This document shows positions 36,214 to 47,500 of a stretch of DNA of 53,046 nt, piece after piece. The notes below the pieces were generated by a model. The model had not been told where the DNA came from. It ran no database searches and saw only the letters and a program-made list of their open reading frames with translations. The translations under genes were made by a program, and so were the position numbers. Location of the stretch: NCBI GenBank assembly GCA_016928955.1, contig JAFGJV010000056.1:1-53046 (forward strand). The letters run 5' to 3'. The stretch comes from Spirochaetales bacterium. GTDB lineage: Bacteria; Spirochaetota; Spirochaetia; Treponematales; UBA12059. The stretch's first letter is position 1, and each line of letters opens with the position of its first letter.

Positions 36214-37041
36214 ATGAGCGAATCAGCCTTAAAAGCCTTTGACCTCCTCTTTCATCTGTCCCGGTCAGGCAGTTCTTCCCTGGCAAAACTGTCCAGGGAC
36301 ACAGGCTGGGACAAGGCCACGGCCTTACGGTATCTCACCGCCATGGAAAAACGCGGCGTTGTTGAACGGAGGGACGGGGACTGGACCCTGGGCCTGGCCC
36401 TGGTCGAGCTGGCCAGCAGGGTGCCCGTAACCGAGAACGTGGCCAACCGCGCCAAGCCGATACTTGAGGAACTGGCCAAGGGCACGGGCGAGACGGCGAA
36501 CCTGTCGTCCTTTGCGGGCGCCGACGTGATGTACGTGGCCAAGGCCGACGGCGGCAGGGCCCTCCGCCTGCGCTCAAGCCCGGGCGACCGCCTGCCCCTG
36601 TACTGCACGGCCGCTGGCAAATGCATCCTGTCCAGGCTTCCCGTGGCCATGCGCACCCAGTACATAGCCGAGGCCAAGCTGGCGCCCATCACGCCAAAAA
36701 CCATCACCGATCCCGTGCACCTGACGGATGAGATAGAGCTCACCATAAAGCGCGGCTGGGCCATAGACGACGAGGAGCTGGAATCCGGGCTTCTCTGCTA
36801 TGGCATGCCCCTGGATCTGCCCCGCTACGGCTTTTCTGGCGCAGTCAGCGTGTCCGGGCCGTCTGGGCGCATGCGCCAGGCCCAGGAAGAAATCCTGGCG
36901 GCCCTGCGCTGGGCCATAGATGCCCTGGTGAGCGAGCTGGGCGGCGGCCATGACGACGAGCCGACCCCGATTTTTGGCCCGGGTCGCGGAGGCTTCAAGA
37001 GCAGCGACTGGCACCGGCCGGGTTCGGAGACCTACGAATAG
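36214..37041 (+). CDS. IclR family transcriptional regulator
   Basis: N-terminal HTH (KATALRYL), TGETANL, LPLYCTAAGK, GWAIDDEE, AVSVSGP. Confidence 0.93.
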   Translation: MSESALKAFDLLFHLSRSGSSSLAKLSRDTGWDKATALRYLTAMEKRGVVERRDGDWTLGLALVELASRVPVTENVANRAKPILEELAKGTGETANLSSFAGADVMYVAKADGGRALRLRSSPGDRLPLYCTAAGKCILSRLPVAMRTQYIAEAKLAPITPKTITDPVHLTDEIELTIKRGWAIDDEELESGLLCYGMPLDLPRYGFSGAVSVSGPSGRMRQAQEEILAALRWAIDALVSELGGGHDDEPTPIFGPGRGGFKSSDWHRPGSETYE

Positions 37042-37143
37042 GCAACCCGGACCGCGCTCCGGCCTGAGCTAGTCGGGCCGGAGCCCATGGAATTGTTCTG
37101 GATCGGCCGGTCCCCTGGCCGTTGGTATCCGGAAAAAGGAGGC

Positions 37144-37208
37144 GGGCGGCCTCCGCACAGGCCGCCCGTGAAAGCCGCCCCAACGGGCGGCTTTCGTATT
37201 TTTTTTTG
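37144..37208. terminator. Tandem hairpins / terminator between iclR and ssb
   Basis: GGGCGGCCT..AGGCCGCCC then AAAGCCGCCC caac GGGCGGCTTT and a T-run. Confidence 0.7.
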
Positions 37209-37216
37209 GACCGGTT

Positions 37217-37627
37217 TCAGAAGACGGTTTCAGGCTCCCGGATGCTCACGGTTTCGGACGTTTCCGCGTCCTGGCCGGCCGCCTGACCATCCTTGGCGAA
37301 CACCGGCTTGAACTCCACGTGTTCGGCCACGATTTTGATCTTGGCCTGGTTTTTGCCCGAGTTGTCCGTCCAGCGGTCCTGCTTCAGGCGGCCCACGACC
37401 CTGACGCCCCGGCCTTTCTTGAGGACTTCCCCGCAGGTCTGGGCCAACTTGGACCAGGTTTCTATGTCGAAAAAGGACACTTCCTTTTCCGTCTGGTCGT
37501 TGCTACGGAAGAAGCGGTTGGACGCCAGGGAGAACGAGCACACTTGGTGTCCCCCCGGCGTGGATTTGGTGATGGGATCCCTCACCAGGTTGCCTTCGAT
37601 AATGATGGAATTCAGGTTATTCAACAT
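37217..37627 (-). CDS. ssb: Single-stranded DNA-binding protein
   Basis: LNSIIIEGNLVRDP, FSLASNR, W.KLA, KG..V.V.GRL.Q.RW. Confidence 0.93.
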   Translation of the reverse strand: MLNNLNSIIIEGNLVRDPITKSTPGGHQVCSFSLASNRFFRSNDQTEKEVSFFDIETWSKLAQTCGEVLKKGRGVRVVGRLKQDRWTDNSGKNQAKIKIVAEHVEFKPVFAKDGQAAGQDAETSETVSIREPETVF

Positions 37628-37861
37628 GGTTTCCTCCTCGGGCCGCTTACTCGGTCCGATAGTGCGCGTATCGGCAGTTTCTTCATGATGTCCGCTGCCC
37701 TATGCTGAGCGCTGTGACGCTCCCGGCCGGCGAGCGTCGACCCGGTATACGCCAAAGGAACGGACGGTGCTTGCGTTTGGGGGAATATCGGGCGGCATTC
37801 TTGACCGGACGGGCCCGCTGGACCTACAGTTTGTCCTGGACATACCAGTGGAGCAAGACGC

Positions 37862-38608
37862 ATGACACATGACGATATCGAACCCCTGCGCGCGCGGTCG
37901 CTGAAAGACGAGTTCATCGAGCGCTTTGAGGCCTTGATCCTGTCCGGCCGCTTTACCCCCGGCCAGCGGGTGCCTTCAGAACGGGAGCTGGGAACCCTGT
38001 TCGGCGTGTCCAGGCCGGTGGTGCACGAGGGACTCCGCGCCCTGGAGGGCAGGGGCCTGGTGACCATAGAGAGCCGGCGCGGCGTGCGCGTCAACGACTA
38101 CCGCCGCGAAGGCTCCATAGAGATGCTTTTGTCCATACTCAACTACACCAGCGGCAGGCTGTCGCCCGAACTGATGAACGGGATTCTGGAAATGCGCCTG
38201 CTCTTTGAGGCTGAAACCGCCCGGCTGGCGGCCACGCGGAGGACAAAGGAGCACCTGAGCGCCCTGCGGGATGTATTGCGCCGGGAACAGGCCATGGTGC
38301 GCCCGAGCGTCGCCGACGTGTCCCTGGTTGACTACGACTTCCACCTGGCGGTGGCCATAGCCAGCGGCAACCAGATATACCCGCTCCTGCTCAACAGCTT
38401 CAAGCGCATCTACCGGACCATACTGGAGCAGTTCTACACGGATCCGGCCGTCATACGGCCCGTGTTCGAGTACCATGCTGCCCTGGTGGGCGAAATAGCG
38501 GCCGGCCGTGAGGACGGCGCCCGCGACGCGATGCTGGACATCCTGCGCTTTGGGGAGAGCAACCTGAGGCGCATTATGGGCGACCAGCGGGCGGAACTAC
38601 GGGACTAG
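37862..38608 (+). CDS. GntR/FadR family transcriptional regulator
   Basis: [26 protein letters not shown] wHTH; DYDFH..IA.ASGN FCD domain. Confidence 0.93.
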   Translation: MTHDDIEPLRARSLKDEFIERFEALILSGRFTPGQRVPSERELGTLFGVSRPVVHEGLRALEGRGLVTIESRRGVRVNDYRREGSIEMLLSILNYTSGRLSPELMNGILEMRLLFEAETARLAATRRTKEHLSALRDVLRREQAMVRPSVADVSLVDYDFHLAVAIASGNQIYPLLLNSFKRIYRTILEQFYTDPAVIRPVFEYHAALVGEIAAGREDGARDAMLDILRFGESNLRRIMGDQRAELRD

Positions 38609-39312
38609 GCGCCGACCACCGTGTCCAGGGCCAATTCGGCCATGGCGCGGAAGCTGGTTTCGCGTTCGGCGGGGCTGGTCGCCTCTCCGCTCACGATGCT
38701 GTCGCTCACGGTCAGGACGGCAAGGGCCTGGGCCCCGAATTTTGCGGCAAGGGTGTACAGCTCAGCCGCCTCCATCTCGATGGCCAGGACGCCAAAGCGC
38801 GCCCACAGCTTCCACTGTTCCGGATCCTCGGCGTAGAACGAGTCGCTGGACACGATGGAGCCTACCCTGGGCGCCAGGCCGCGTTCCCTGCCCAGGGCGT
38901 TGGCGCGCTCAAGGAGGCCGAACGAGGCCGCGGGCGCGTAGTCCATGCCGCGGAAACGCACGCGGTTCACGTTTGAGTCGGTGCACGCGCTGATGGCCAG
39001 CACCACGTCGCGCACCTTGAGGTCGGCCCGTATGGAGCCGCAGGTGCCCACGCGTATCAGGCGCTTGGCGCCGTAGTCTCGCAGAAGCTCGTTCACGTAT
39101 ATGGAATGCGACGGCATGCCCATGCCGGTGCCCATGACCGACACGCGCGTGCCCTTGTATGTGCCCGTGTAGCCGAACATGTTGCGCACGCGGTTAAAGA
39201 GCTCGGCGCCTTCCAGGTAGGTTTCCGCAATGAACTTGGCGCGGAGGGGGTCGCCCGGCAGGAGGACGGACTCGGCTATGGCGCCGGGGGCGGCTTCTAT
39301 ATGGACGCTCAT
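38605..39312 (-). CDS. deoD: Purine nucleoside phosphorylase (hexameric type)
   Basis: [45 protein letters not shown]. Confidence 0.96.
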   Translation of the reverse strand: MSVHIEAAPGAIAESVLLPGDPLRAKFIAETYLEGAELFNRVRNMFGYTGTYKGTRVSVMGTGMGMPSHSIYVNELLRDYGAKRLIRVGTCGSIRADLKVRDVVLAISACTDSNVNRVRFRGMDYAPAASFGLLERANALGRERGLAPRVGSIVSSDSFYAEDPEQWKLWARFGVLAIEMEAAELYTLAAKFGAQALAVLTVSDSIVSGEATSPAERETSFRAMAELALDTVVGA

Positions 39313-39322
39313 GAAAGCTCCT

Positions 39323-39838
39323 TCAGGACTCGACGTAGGGCAGGCCGCACAGCTCGGCAATGGCCTTGCCGCGCTCGGCCAGGGCCTCTTTGCGGGCTGC
39401 CGGCAGCACGGACAGGGTAAGGTTCCTGCCGTCGGCAAGGACCAGGCCCAGGGCAGAGCGGCCCTTGCCCGTGCCGGCCAGGGCGCGATACTGGGGGTCG
39501 TCCGAGCTCAGCTGGGACGCGTCGCCCAAGAGCTCCACCGATGTCAGCTCGGACAGGTCCAGGGCCCAGCTGCGATGGAAGAAAATGAAGCCGGACCGCC
39601 TGCGGATTTCCCGCTTGCGCATGTCAAAGGACCAGCGGTCCTCCTGGAGCACGGCCAAGCCTATCACCAGGGCGAACATGAAGCTGAGCCAGGAAAATCC
39701 TTCCATGGCCCTGACGAGCACGACCAGGAGCACGGCGCCCAGGACCAGGTACAGAAGGCGTATCAGGCGGGGCTGGACCAGTTCCAGGCGTTCTGCGTCT
39801 GGCCTGAGCATCTGGGGCGGGAACGAAAACAGGGGCAT
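39323..39838 (-). CDS. Hypothetical membrane protein (2 TM + soluble domain)
   Basis: SD AAGGAGG, two hydrophobic helices, positioned between the HAD gene and deoD. Confidence 0.7.
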   Translation of the reverse strand: MPLFSFPPQMLRPDAERLELVQPRLIRLLYLVLGAVLLVVLVRAMEGFSWLSFMFALVIGLAVLQEDRWSFDMRKREIRRRSGFIFFHRSWALDLSELTSVELLGDASQLSSDDPQYRALAGTGKGRSALGLVLADGRNLTLSVLPAARKEALAERGKAIAELCGLPYVES

Positions 39839-39872
39839 GGTACCTCCTTGGAAAATACGCGCGGGCTTTGGA

Positions 39873-40520
39873 TCAGGCCGAAGCCAGTATGGCCGGCAGT
39901 TCGGCAAGGGACGCTATGGTGGTCAGGCCGGAATCCCCGTGGCGGCCGTCCAGGTCCACAAGCACGCCTGCTCCGCCGCGGGCCACAAAGCCGCGCACGT
40001 AGCTCGGCACGTCGTCCGCAAAAAGGATATCGGCCGGCCGTGCGCCGGTGTCGCTTGCCACGGCCTTAAGCACCCGGTCCACGGCTTCCGCATGGGGTTT
40101 GCCGCGCAGCTTGTTCCATTTTATGTCAAAGACGCGGCGGAAGCGGTCGGCCACGCCCAGGTGGGCAAGCACGCGGTCCGCGTGTTCCACGGGGGCGTTG
40201 GTGAACACGTATTTGGGCAGGTCGATGCTGTCAAGCAGGGGGCCGAGTTCCGGATCCGGCGCAAGCGCGGCTTCCTCGCCGTCCGGGTGGACGGCGGCAA
40301 AGTAGTCGTCCGTGTCCGTAAAGCCGTACTCGGTCATCAGCCACTCCAGGGTGGTGCCGTACAGGGGCATGCGTACCTTGCGCATGGCCCAGGCCTCTTC
40401 CACGGTCAGGCCGGTCACGCGGGATGCGTAACTGGTCATGCGGCGGATGATGTCAGCTTCCATGGTTGCGCTGGCGGGATAGAGGGTGTTGTCAAGGTCA
40501 AGGATCAGGACGCGGATCAT
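39873..40520 (-). CDS. HAD-superfamily hydrolase, pyrimidine 5'-nucleotidase-like
   Basis: LDLDNTLY, YGTTL, FTNA..HA, KP, FADD. Confidence 0.88.
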   Translation of the reverse strand: MIRVLILDLDNTLYPASATMEADIIRRMTSYASRVTGLTVEEAWAMRKVRMPLYGTTLEWLMTEYGFTDTDDYFAAVHPDGEEAALAPDPELGPLLDSIDLPKYVFTNAPVEHADRVLAHLGVADRFRRVFDIKWNKLRGKPHAEAVDRVLKAVASDTGARPADILFADDVPSYVRGFVARGGAGVLVDLDGRHGDSGLTTIASLAELPAILASA

Positions 40521-40600
40521 GGGTTGTTTGTACCATAAAGCCGCGGATTTGTCCTAGCGGGACGGCGACAAAGCGCCGGGGCCGCCGCTCGGCGCATTCG

Positions 40601-42991
40601 CTAGCGCTGGTCGGGCGCCCCGGGGCCAAAGAGTCCTGTGTAGTACTGGGCGCACGAGCGGAACTCTTCCGAGCGTTCCTTAAGGGCCGAGAGCGACGAC
40701 TGGGCCGCGGCCATGTCGCTGTCCCTGCCGGCCTCCTCCACCGTCTTGGCCGCGTCGCCCAATGCCTTGGCCGTGAGGTTCCAGGCGGCGCCCTTGATGG
40801 AGTGCGCCGTTTCCCGAACCGTTTTGGCGTCAGACGCGGCCACGGCCGCCTCTATGTCCAGGAGCTGGCCCTGGAGCTTGGCCGTGAAGCGTCCCAGAAG
40901 GTCCACCACGGTGTCGCGTTTGCCCAGGAAGGTGTCCACCAGGCCCGCAAAGTCGAACACGCCGGAGTCCCACAGGTGGCGCTCGGACACCGGGGCGGCG
41001 CTCTGCTCCGGCTCGCGGGATGAGCTGACTTTATTGCCCCAGAAGCCGAGCATGGTTTCCAGGTCCTTGCGTTTGAACGGCTTTACCAGGACGTCGTTCA
41101 TGCCCACGGCTATGCACTTGTCGCGCTCGCCCTTCACCGCGCTGGCCGTCACGGCGATGATGGGTTGGGTGCAACCGCGTTCCCTGAGGGCGCGGGCGGC
41201 CTGATAGCCGTCCATGTTGGGCATGAATATGTCCATGAGCACCAGGTCGTAGGTGCCGCGCCCGTACATGTCCAGGGCCTCGGCACCGTCGTTGGCCACC
41301 GTGACCGTGCAGCCGGCCTTTTCAAGGAGGGTGCGGAACAGCTCCTGGTTGACCACATGGTCCTCGGCTATGAGTACCGAGAGGCCAAAGTCCGGTTCCT
41401 CCGGCGGGCGCGGGGCTTCCTGGCCGTCGCCGGCTGGCGGCAGGTCAACGTCGTCGCTCAGGGCCAATTTGAGTACCTGGAAGAGCTCGTCCGGGTCCAG
41501 GGGCTTGGCCGCGTAGCCGTTGAACCACTGGAGCAGCTTCATCTTGGCCTCTGGGCCTATGGCTCCCTCGGGGGCAAGGAGCACCAGGCGCGTGGCGTTG
41601 ATCAGGCGGTCGGCGGTGATTTCCGCCGCCAGGCGCCACCCGTCCATGCCGGGCATATTCTGGTCTATCAGGCACACGGCATAGGGCTTGCCCGCCTCGG
41701 CCGCCCGCCTCAGGGCCAGCAGAGCGTCATCGCCGGAGCGCGCCCCGTCGGCCAGGAGGCCGTAGGACGCGGCCATGCGCACGCCGTGTTCCAGGGCCAG
41801 GGCGTGGTCGTCCACCACCAGCACGCGCGCCGGGGCGTGCAGGTCGCGTCCGTGCGGCGGCAGGCTGTATTCGGCCTGGATCAGCGGGATCTCGAAGGCA
41901 AACACGGAGCCCCGCGGCGCGTTGGGCTCGTACCATATCGAGCCGCCCATCACTTCCACCAGGTAGCGCGATATGGCCAGTCCCAGTCCCGTGCCGCCTT
42001 GGGTCACCAGGTACGAGCCGCCCTGGGTGAACGGCGTGAACAGCCTTGGGCGGACGGCCTCGGCCACGCCGTCGCCAGAGTCCAGCACGGCTATGGCCAG
42101 CGTGGGCCTCTGGCCGTCGCCACGCTTGCGGGCGCGCACCACGATCTCGCCCTCGCGCGTGAACTTGACGGCGTTCTTGAACAGGTTGACGACGATTTGC
42201 CTGAGGCGGCCGGGGTCGCCGCGCACAACCCTTGGCAGGCTGTCGTCCGTGTCCAGGATGACTTCCAGGCCCTTCTTGTGCGCGTCCAGGATGATGAGCT
42301 CCACCGACTGCCGCAGGAGGTCGCGGAAATCGAAGTCCGCGGTCTCCAGGTCCAGCTTGCCCGCCTCGATCTTGGAGAAGTCCAGGATGTCGTTGATGAG
42401 GCCCAGGAGCACGTCCGCGGAGAAGCGGACCGTGCGGATGTAGTCCATCTGTTCCTTGTCCAGGCCCGTGTCGGTAAGGAGCTCCGTCATGCCCAGGATG
42501 GTCTGTATGGGCGTTCGTATCTCGTGGCTCATGTTGGCCAGGAACTGGCTTTTGGTCAGGGTGGCCTTCTCCGCCTCCTCCTTGGCCGACACCAGGTCGT
42601 GCTCCCTGATCTTCTGGTCGGTCACGTCCTGGAAGGAGCACCATATCCAGCGTTCCGTGCGGTCCTGGTTTTCCGTGCGTAGGGGCGACAAGGTGGTGCG
42701 CAGCCACAGCCGTCTGCCCGACATGCCGCGCACCCCGCTCTCCACGGTGGCCGCTCCCATGCGCCCGAGGAGTATCTCGGTCACGTAGTACGAGTACTGG
42801 AAGGAATCGCGCTCCTCCAGCCAGTCGAAGAGCGGCACGGGCAGCTTGTCCGGCACAAAGCCGGCCAGCTCCAGGAACAGCTCCTCAAAGGCCTCGTTCC
42901 ACACGGCGGGTATGCCCTGCTCGTTGAGCACGATGATGGGCTGCCTGGCCTGCTCGAAGGCCGCTTTGTATATCCGCTCGGGCAGGGGCAT
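40601..42991 (-). CDS. Hybrid histidine kinase PAS-HisKA-HATPase-REC-REC-HPt
   Basis: FLANMSHEIRTP, NLFKNAVKFT, DSGDG, GTGLGLAIS, two receiver domains, AHSIKGAA HPt. Confidence 0.93.
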   Translation of the reverse strand: MPLPERIYKAAFEQARQPIIVLNEQGIPAVWNEAFEELFLELAGFVPDKLPVPLFDWLEERDSFQYSYYVTEILLGRMGAATVESGVRGMSGRRLWLRTTLSPLRTENQDRTERWIWCSFQDVTDQKIREHDLVSAKEEAEKATLTKSQFLANMSHEIRTPIQTILGMTELLTDTGLDKEQMDYIRTVRFSADVLLGLINDILDFSKIEAGKLDLETADFDFRDLLRQSVELIILDAHKKGLEVILDTDDSLPRVVRGDPGRLRQIVVNLFKNAVKFTREGEIVVRARKRGDGQRPTLAIAVLDSGDGVAEAVRPRLFTPFTQGGSYLVTQGGTGLGLAISRYLVEVMGGSIWYEPNAPRGSVFAFEIPLIQAEYSLPPHGRDLHAPARVLVVDDHALALEHGVRMAASYGLLADGARSGDDALLALRRAAEAGKPYAVCLIDQNMPGMDGWRLAAEITADRLINATRLVLLAPEGAIGPEAKMKLLQWFNGYAAKPLDPDELFQVLKLALSDDVDLPPAGDGQEAPRPPEEPDFGLSVLIAEDHVVNQELFRTLLEKAGCTVTVANDGAEALDMYGRGTYDLVLMDIFMPNMDGYQAARALRERGCTQPIIAVTASAVKGERDKCIAVGMNDVLVKPFKRKDLETMLGFWGNKVSSSREPEQSAAPVSERHLWDSGVFDFAGLVDTFLGKRDTVVDLLGRFTAKLQGQLLDIEAAVAASDAKTVRETAHSIKGAAWNLTAKALGDAAKTVEEAGRDSDMAAAQSSLSALKERSEEFRSCAQYYTGLFGPGAPDQR

Positions 42992-44271
42992 CAGAAGTTG
43001 GCCTTGAGGATTTCCAGGGTCTTGCGGAGTATCTGCTCCGGCTTCAGCGGCTTGATCAGGTAGCTCTTGACGCCGGCCTGGAAGGCGCGCACCACGGCCT
43101 CGCGCTGGGTGACGGCTGACAGCACGATGATGGGCATGTCCAGGTCCTGGGCGTGCAGTTCCTTGAGCACGCCAAAGCCGTCCACCTCGGGCATGCGCAG
43201 GTCCAGGAACACCAGGTCAAACACGCGGCCGCTCACGGCGTCAAGGAAGTCCCGCCCGTCGCGGAAGGTGGTCACCCTGGCGTTGATGGTGGAGAAGGTG
43301 GTCTTGAGAAGTTCCTGGATGACGAAATCGTCGTCAACCACCGCTATCTCAAGGTCTGCGCCCAGGCGCCTGGCCGCGTCTTCGGTGAGCTCGGCGGGGC
43401 GTTTTTCCACGTCAAAGCGCATGGTCACCGCCTCGGCCCCGGCCTGCTCGCGCTGGGGCGTGAGTATGCGGTCGGATATGATGGCTGCCTTGTCCTCCGG
43501 GGCGTCTGCAGCCAGCGCGGCGTCGGCAACCAGGCCATCCAGGGCGTACTCAAGGCTGGATACCACCTCCAGCTCGGAAAATTCGGGCCTGCCGGACACG
43601 AACTCCTTAACAAAAGCCGACCTGGTGAGGATTTTTATGTTCCGGTGCTTGGCCCCTGGCGACGCTATGATGGTGTTGAGGAGGAATTCCAGGTTGGGGC
43701 CGTCCACAAAGGACAGCTCCATGTCGGACAGCATGATCATGATGCGGGGCTTCTGTATGCCGTACAGGTCCAGAAGCTCGCGTATCTTGAAGCGCAAGAG
43801 GTCTATCTTCTCGCGGTTGATGCCGCGCGCCACTTCGATGAACAGGATGTTGTCGTTGACGTGGGCTTCCACGATGCAAGGGGTGGCGTCCATGTCTATA
43901 CGCACGCCCAGGATGTCGCCCAGGATCTGGTAGAAGGCGTCCATCTTGATGGGTTTCATGAACACCTTGCGGATGTTGAAGCGCACCAGCTCAAGGAGCC
44001 TGTTTTTGTCTATTTTCTGCGCCGTCAGGATGACCGACACGGGGGCCGTGTTGGGGTTGCGGGATTTTTCCTCCAGGACCTCCACGCATGACTTGCGGGA
44101 CAGGTGGTAGTCCATGACCACGGCGTCAGGGGGCTCGTTGCGCATTTTTGCTATGCCGTCCAGGCCATTGATGGCCGTTTCCACGCCTATGCCAGCCTGC
44201 GTGAGCCTGGATTTCAGGTAGTCCCTGAACAGGTCCGATTCGTCGATCAGGAGAACGCTTTTCCTGGGCAT
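42991..44271 (-). CDS. Response regulator with two receiver domains flanking a STAS-like domain
   Basis: VLLIDE..VMDY..MKP; AVVDDD..FLDLRMP..LIKP; 1-bp overlap with the kinase gene. Confidence 0.85.
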   Translation of the reverse strand: MPRKSVLLIDESDLFRDYLKSRLTQAGIGVETAINGLDGIAKMRNEPPDAVVMDYHLSRKSCVEVLEEKSRNPNTAPVSVILTAQKIDKNRLLELVRFNIRKVFMKPIKMDAFYQILGDILGVRIDMDATPCIVEAHVNDNILFIEVARGINREKIDLLRFKIRELLDLYGIQKPRIMIMLSDMELSFVDGPNLEFLLNTIIASPGAKHRNIKILTRSAFVKEFVSGRPEFSELEVVSSLEYALDGLVADAALAADAPEDKAAIISDRILTPQREQAGAEAVTMRFDVEKRPAELTEDAARRLGADLEIAVVDDDFVIQELLKTTFSTINARVTTFRDGRDFLDAVSGRVFDLVFLDLRMPEVDGFGVLKELHAQDLDMPIIVLSAVTQREAVVRAFQAGVKSYLIKPLKPEQILRKTLEILKANF

Positions 44272-44316
44272 GGTTCCTCCGCGCTGGCTTTTTGGGGCCG
44301 GACGCTACTGTCCACA

Positions 44317-44345
44317 AGTATAGTTGAGGGTTCAGGGCGCGGCAA
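44317..44345 (-). promoter_or_regulatory. Sigma70-type promoter of the RR-HK operon
   Basis: Minus strand TTGCCG-N17-TATACT. Confidence 0.6.
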
Positions 44346-44558
44346 TGCCAGAGCCGATGGTCGGCGAAATGCCCCTCGCGCCAAGAGTATCAAAAATAAT
44401 TCGAAAAACCACATATATGACGGATAAAAATGTCGAAACATGTTATATTACAGTTGACTATCGGTGTCCTGGTGACACACACCGTGCTTTTCTCGGCAAT
44501 ATGGCCGATAGTAGATAGGGGGTGGAGTCTGTCCGCTCGTATCGTCTGGGGGGTATCC

Positions 44559-47500
44559 ATGCGCTCGAAATTTTTCGTCGTCTTTGCCATCATACTGGCG
44601 GCTGTCCTGCCTCTGGCCGGACAGGAAACTGGAGCGGACACAGGCTCCGGGTCTGGAGACGAGGCGGGCACTGAAGCCCCCCTGCCCGAGGAACAGCCGG
44701 CGGAACAGCCGACGCAGGGCGGCGGCTCGGGAGACGGCTGGGCAACGGCCGAAGGCCTGGACAACTGGCGCTACGACTACGATATATCGGGCTTCAAGCC
44801 GGGCACCTACAATATCCTGGTGCGGGCCACGGACTCCGCGGGCAACGTGTCCTTTGGCGGCCCGTTCAACATCGTCGTGGACCCGGAATCAGACTACCCC
44901 GTGGTGGGCATAGCCAATCCCCTGCCGTTCATGCGCGCCGGCGCCGACCTCAACGTGGTGGGCACCTGCGTTGACGACGACAGCGTGGACTACGTGGAAG
45001 TGCGGGTGGACGACGGCGAGTGGGTACGCGCGGAGGGCTCCGACTACTGGTCGTACTACCTCAAGACCAAGGACTTGGCGGACGGCCTCCACCTGCTGAA
45101 AGCGCGTGGCGTGGACTCGTTCGGCGTGGCCGGCAACGAGGTACAGGTTCCCTTCCACCTGGACAGGACCAAGCCCCTCCACGAGGTGGCCGAGCCGGCC
45201 TTTGGCACCCTAGTGTCGGGCAAGCTGTCGCTGTCGGGCACCGTGTACGACGCCAACGGGCTGTCGTCCGTGGCCTGGTCCCAGGACGGAAGCGCCTGGC
45301 TCCCGCTCAAGTACTCGCTGGACAAGAAAACCAACACGGCCGGCTTCAGCGTGGCCATTGATACCAGGAAACTGGAGGACGGTCCCCAGGTGCTCTGGCT
45401 CAGGAGCACGGACGGCGTGGGCTCTGAAGGCGTGGCCGTCTTCCTGTATTTTGTCGACAATACCCAGCCCGAGCTGGCCGTGCTGTCTCCGGCGCCGGAG
45501 TCGGCGGTCAACGGCCGCTACACCATCACCGGCCGCGTGTACGACACGGTGGGCGTCAAGTCGCTGGAGTGGACCTACGGCAAGGAAAGCGGCCAGGTCG
45601 AGCTCCTGCCGGGCAACCCCTATTTTTCCGTGTCCTTCCAGGCCCCTCCGCAGGCGGGCAAGGCCACCGTTCTCTTCAGCACCACCGACATAACCGGCAA
45701 CGTGACCGAGGCTAACGTGAGCTACCAGGTGGACCCGCGGACCGATCTCCCCCGCGTAACTCTGGGGCGGCCGGGGCCGGGCAGCCAGGCCTTTGAGCTC
45801 CTGGAAGTGTCGGGCGGAGCCAGGGACGACGACGGAGTGGCGTCAGTCGAGTGGCGCGTTGACAACGGCCAGGCCGCGTCCATAACCACGGACGGAGCCT
45901 TTTCCTTCTCCGTGGGCGGCCTTGAGGCCGGCGCCCATACCCTGTACGTGCGCGCCCTGGACGTGAACGGCCTGGCCGGCCAGTGGCTTGAGCTGCCGTT
46001 CAGCTACACTGCCGGGCCGCCGCTTGTAAACATCACCGGCGCGTCCGACTCGGGCGGCCAGCGCTCCTTTGCCCCCGGCCTGGTTTTGTCCACCATGGAC
46101 GGCAAGGCCGTGCTGTCCGGCACCGTCACGGCCATGAACGCCCTGACCGAACTCACCTGGTCCGTCAACGGTTCGGAGCCGCAGAAGCTGGCCCCGGGCA
46201 AAACCCCCGGCAGCTTTGACTTCAGCCTGAACCTGCCTGCAAGCCTGCCCTACGGCGTGCTGAACCTGACCATCAGCGCCAAGGACGCCGCCGGCCAGGA
46301 GGGGCTGTTCAAGGCTCCTCTGTACGCGGTGAATTACAGCCGCCCGCGCGCCGGCCCCCTTATAGACCTTGCCGGCGCCGGTGATTCGGGCACCATTGCC
46401 ATATCCGCCGACGCGCCGTTATGGGGAGCCTTTGTGGCCCCCTATCCGGACGAGGCCCTGGCCGGCGTTGAATTGGTGCCGGCCAGCGCGCTGGTAGCCG
46501 CGTCGTTTGAAGGCTCCCTGATCAAGGTGAGCCAGCTGGCCCAAGGGGCGACCCCTCCCACCACGGTGGTTGCGCTTACCACGCGGGGGCACCGCTTTGA
46601 GGCCGGTCCCTTTGTCTTCCTGACCGACGCCGAGCCGCCCCAGGTGAAGATAGCCGAGCCGGCCTTTGGGTCCTGGCACAAGTCCGGTTTTACCGTCAAG
46701 GCACAGGCCGCGGATGGCGACGCCGTTGCGGCGGTGGAGTACAGCGTGAACGGAGCGGCCTGGCAGCCCATGTCGGCCGCCGGAGGCGCGTACTCGGCTC
46801 CCGTGGACATCGCTGGCCTGTCCGGGCCCGTTCACCTGGCCGTGCGCGCCGTGGACAAGGCGGGCAACCAGGGACAGGCGGCCACCGCCGTCATGGTGGA
46901 CACAGAGGCTCCCGCGCCCCAGCTGATCCTGCCCCTGCCCGGCGACGCGTCCATAGGCCAGCGCCTGTACGCTTTCCGGCCCGGCGAGTCCGCCCAGTCC
47001 ACGGCCTCCGTGGAAGTGGGCCGGGGGGCCGTGTTCGAGACCCTGCCATACGCCCCGCTTGTCATGTTCAGCGCCGACGCGTCCGGCGGGCCCCTGCTCA
47101 TACGCGTGACCGACAAGGCCGGCAACATAGCGGAACTCAAGCCCGCCGAGGCCCTGGCCGCCGAGCGGGTAGGGAGCGCGCCAGCGGCCCTTGATGAACT
47201 GAAAAGCGGCGGGCCCGGAGCAGGCTCCGGCGCGTCAGCAAGCTGGACAGGCGCGGATGGCACGGGCCAGCTGGCCTGGACCGCCCCCTTTGTGGACGCG
47301 GCCGATCCGGCCTTGTTCCCGGATGCGGCCCCGCTCCGCCTGTCCGGCGCGGCGAGCCTCGGCGCCGTGTTCACCGGCGTGTCGCCCGATCCAAAAAAAC
47401 CCGTGGCCTTCTGGGGCTTTGACCCCGCGGCCCTGACCCAAGCCCTGGCCTTGAAGGCGTCCAAGACGCCCGGCGCCTGGGACGCGTCCATCAAGCTGCC

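Noticed and set aside
37217..37260. SSB lacking a canonical DDDIPF tail
   Set aside because: It still ends in an acidic segment plus Phe (EPETVF), within normal variation
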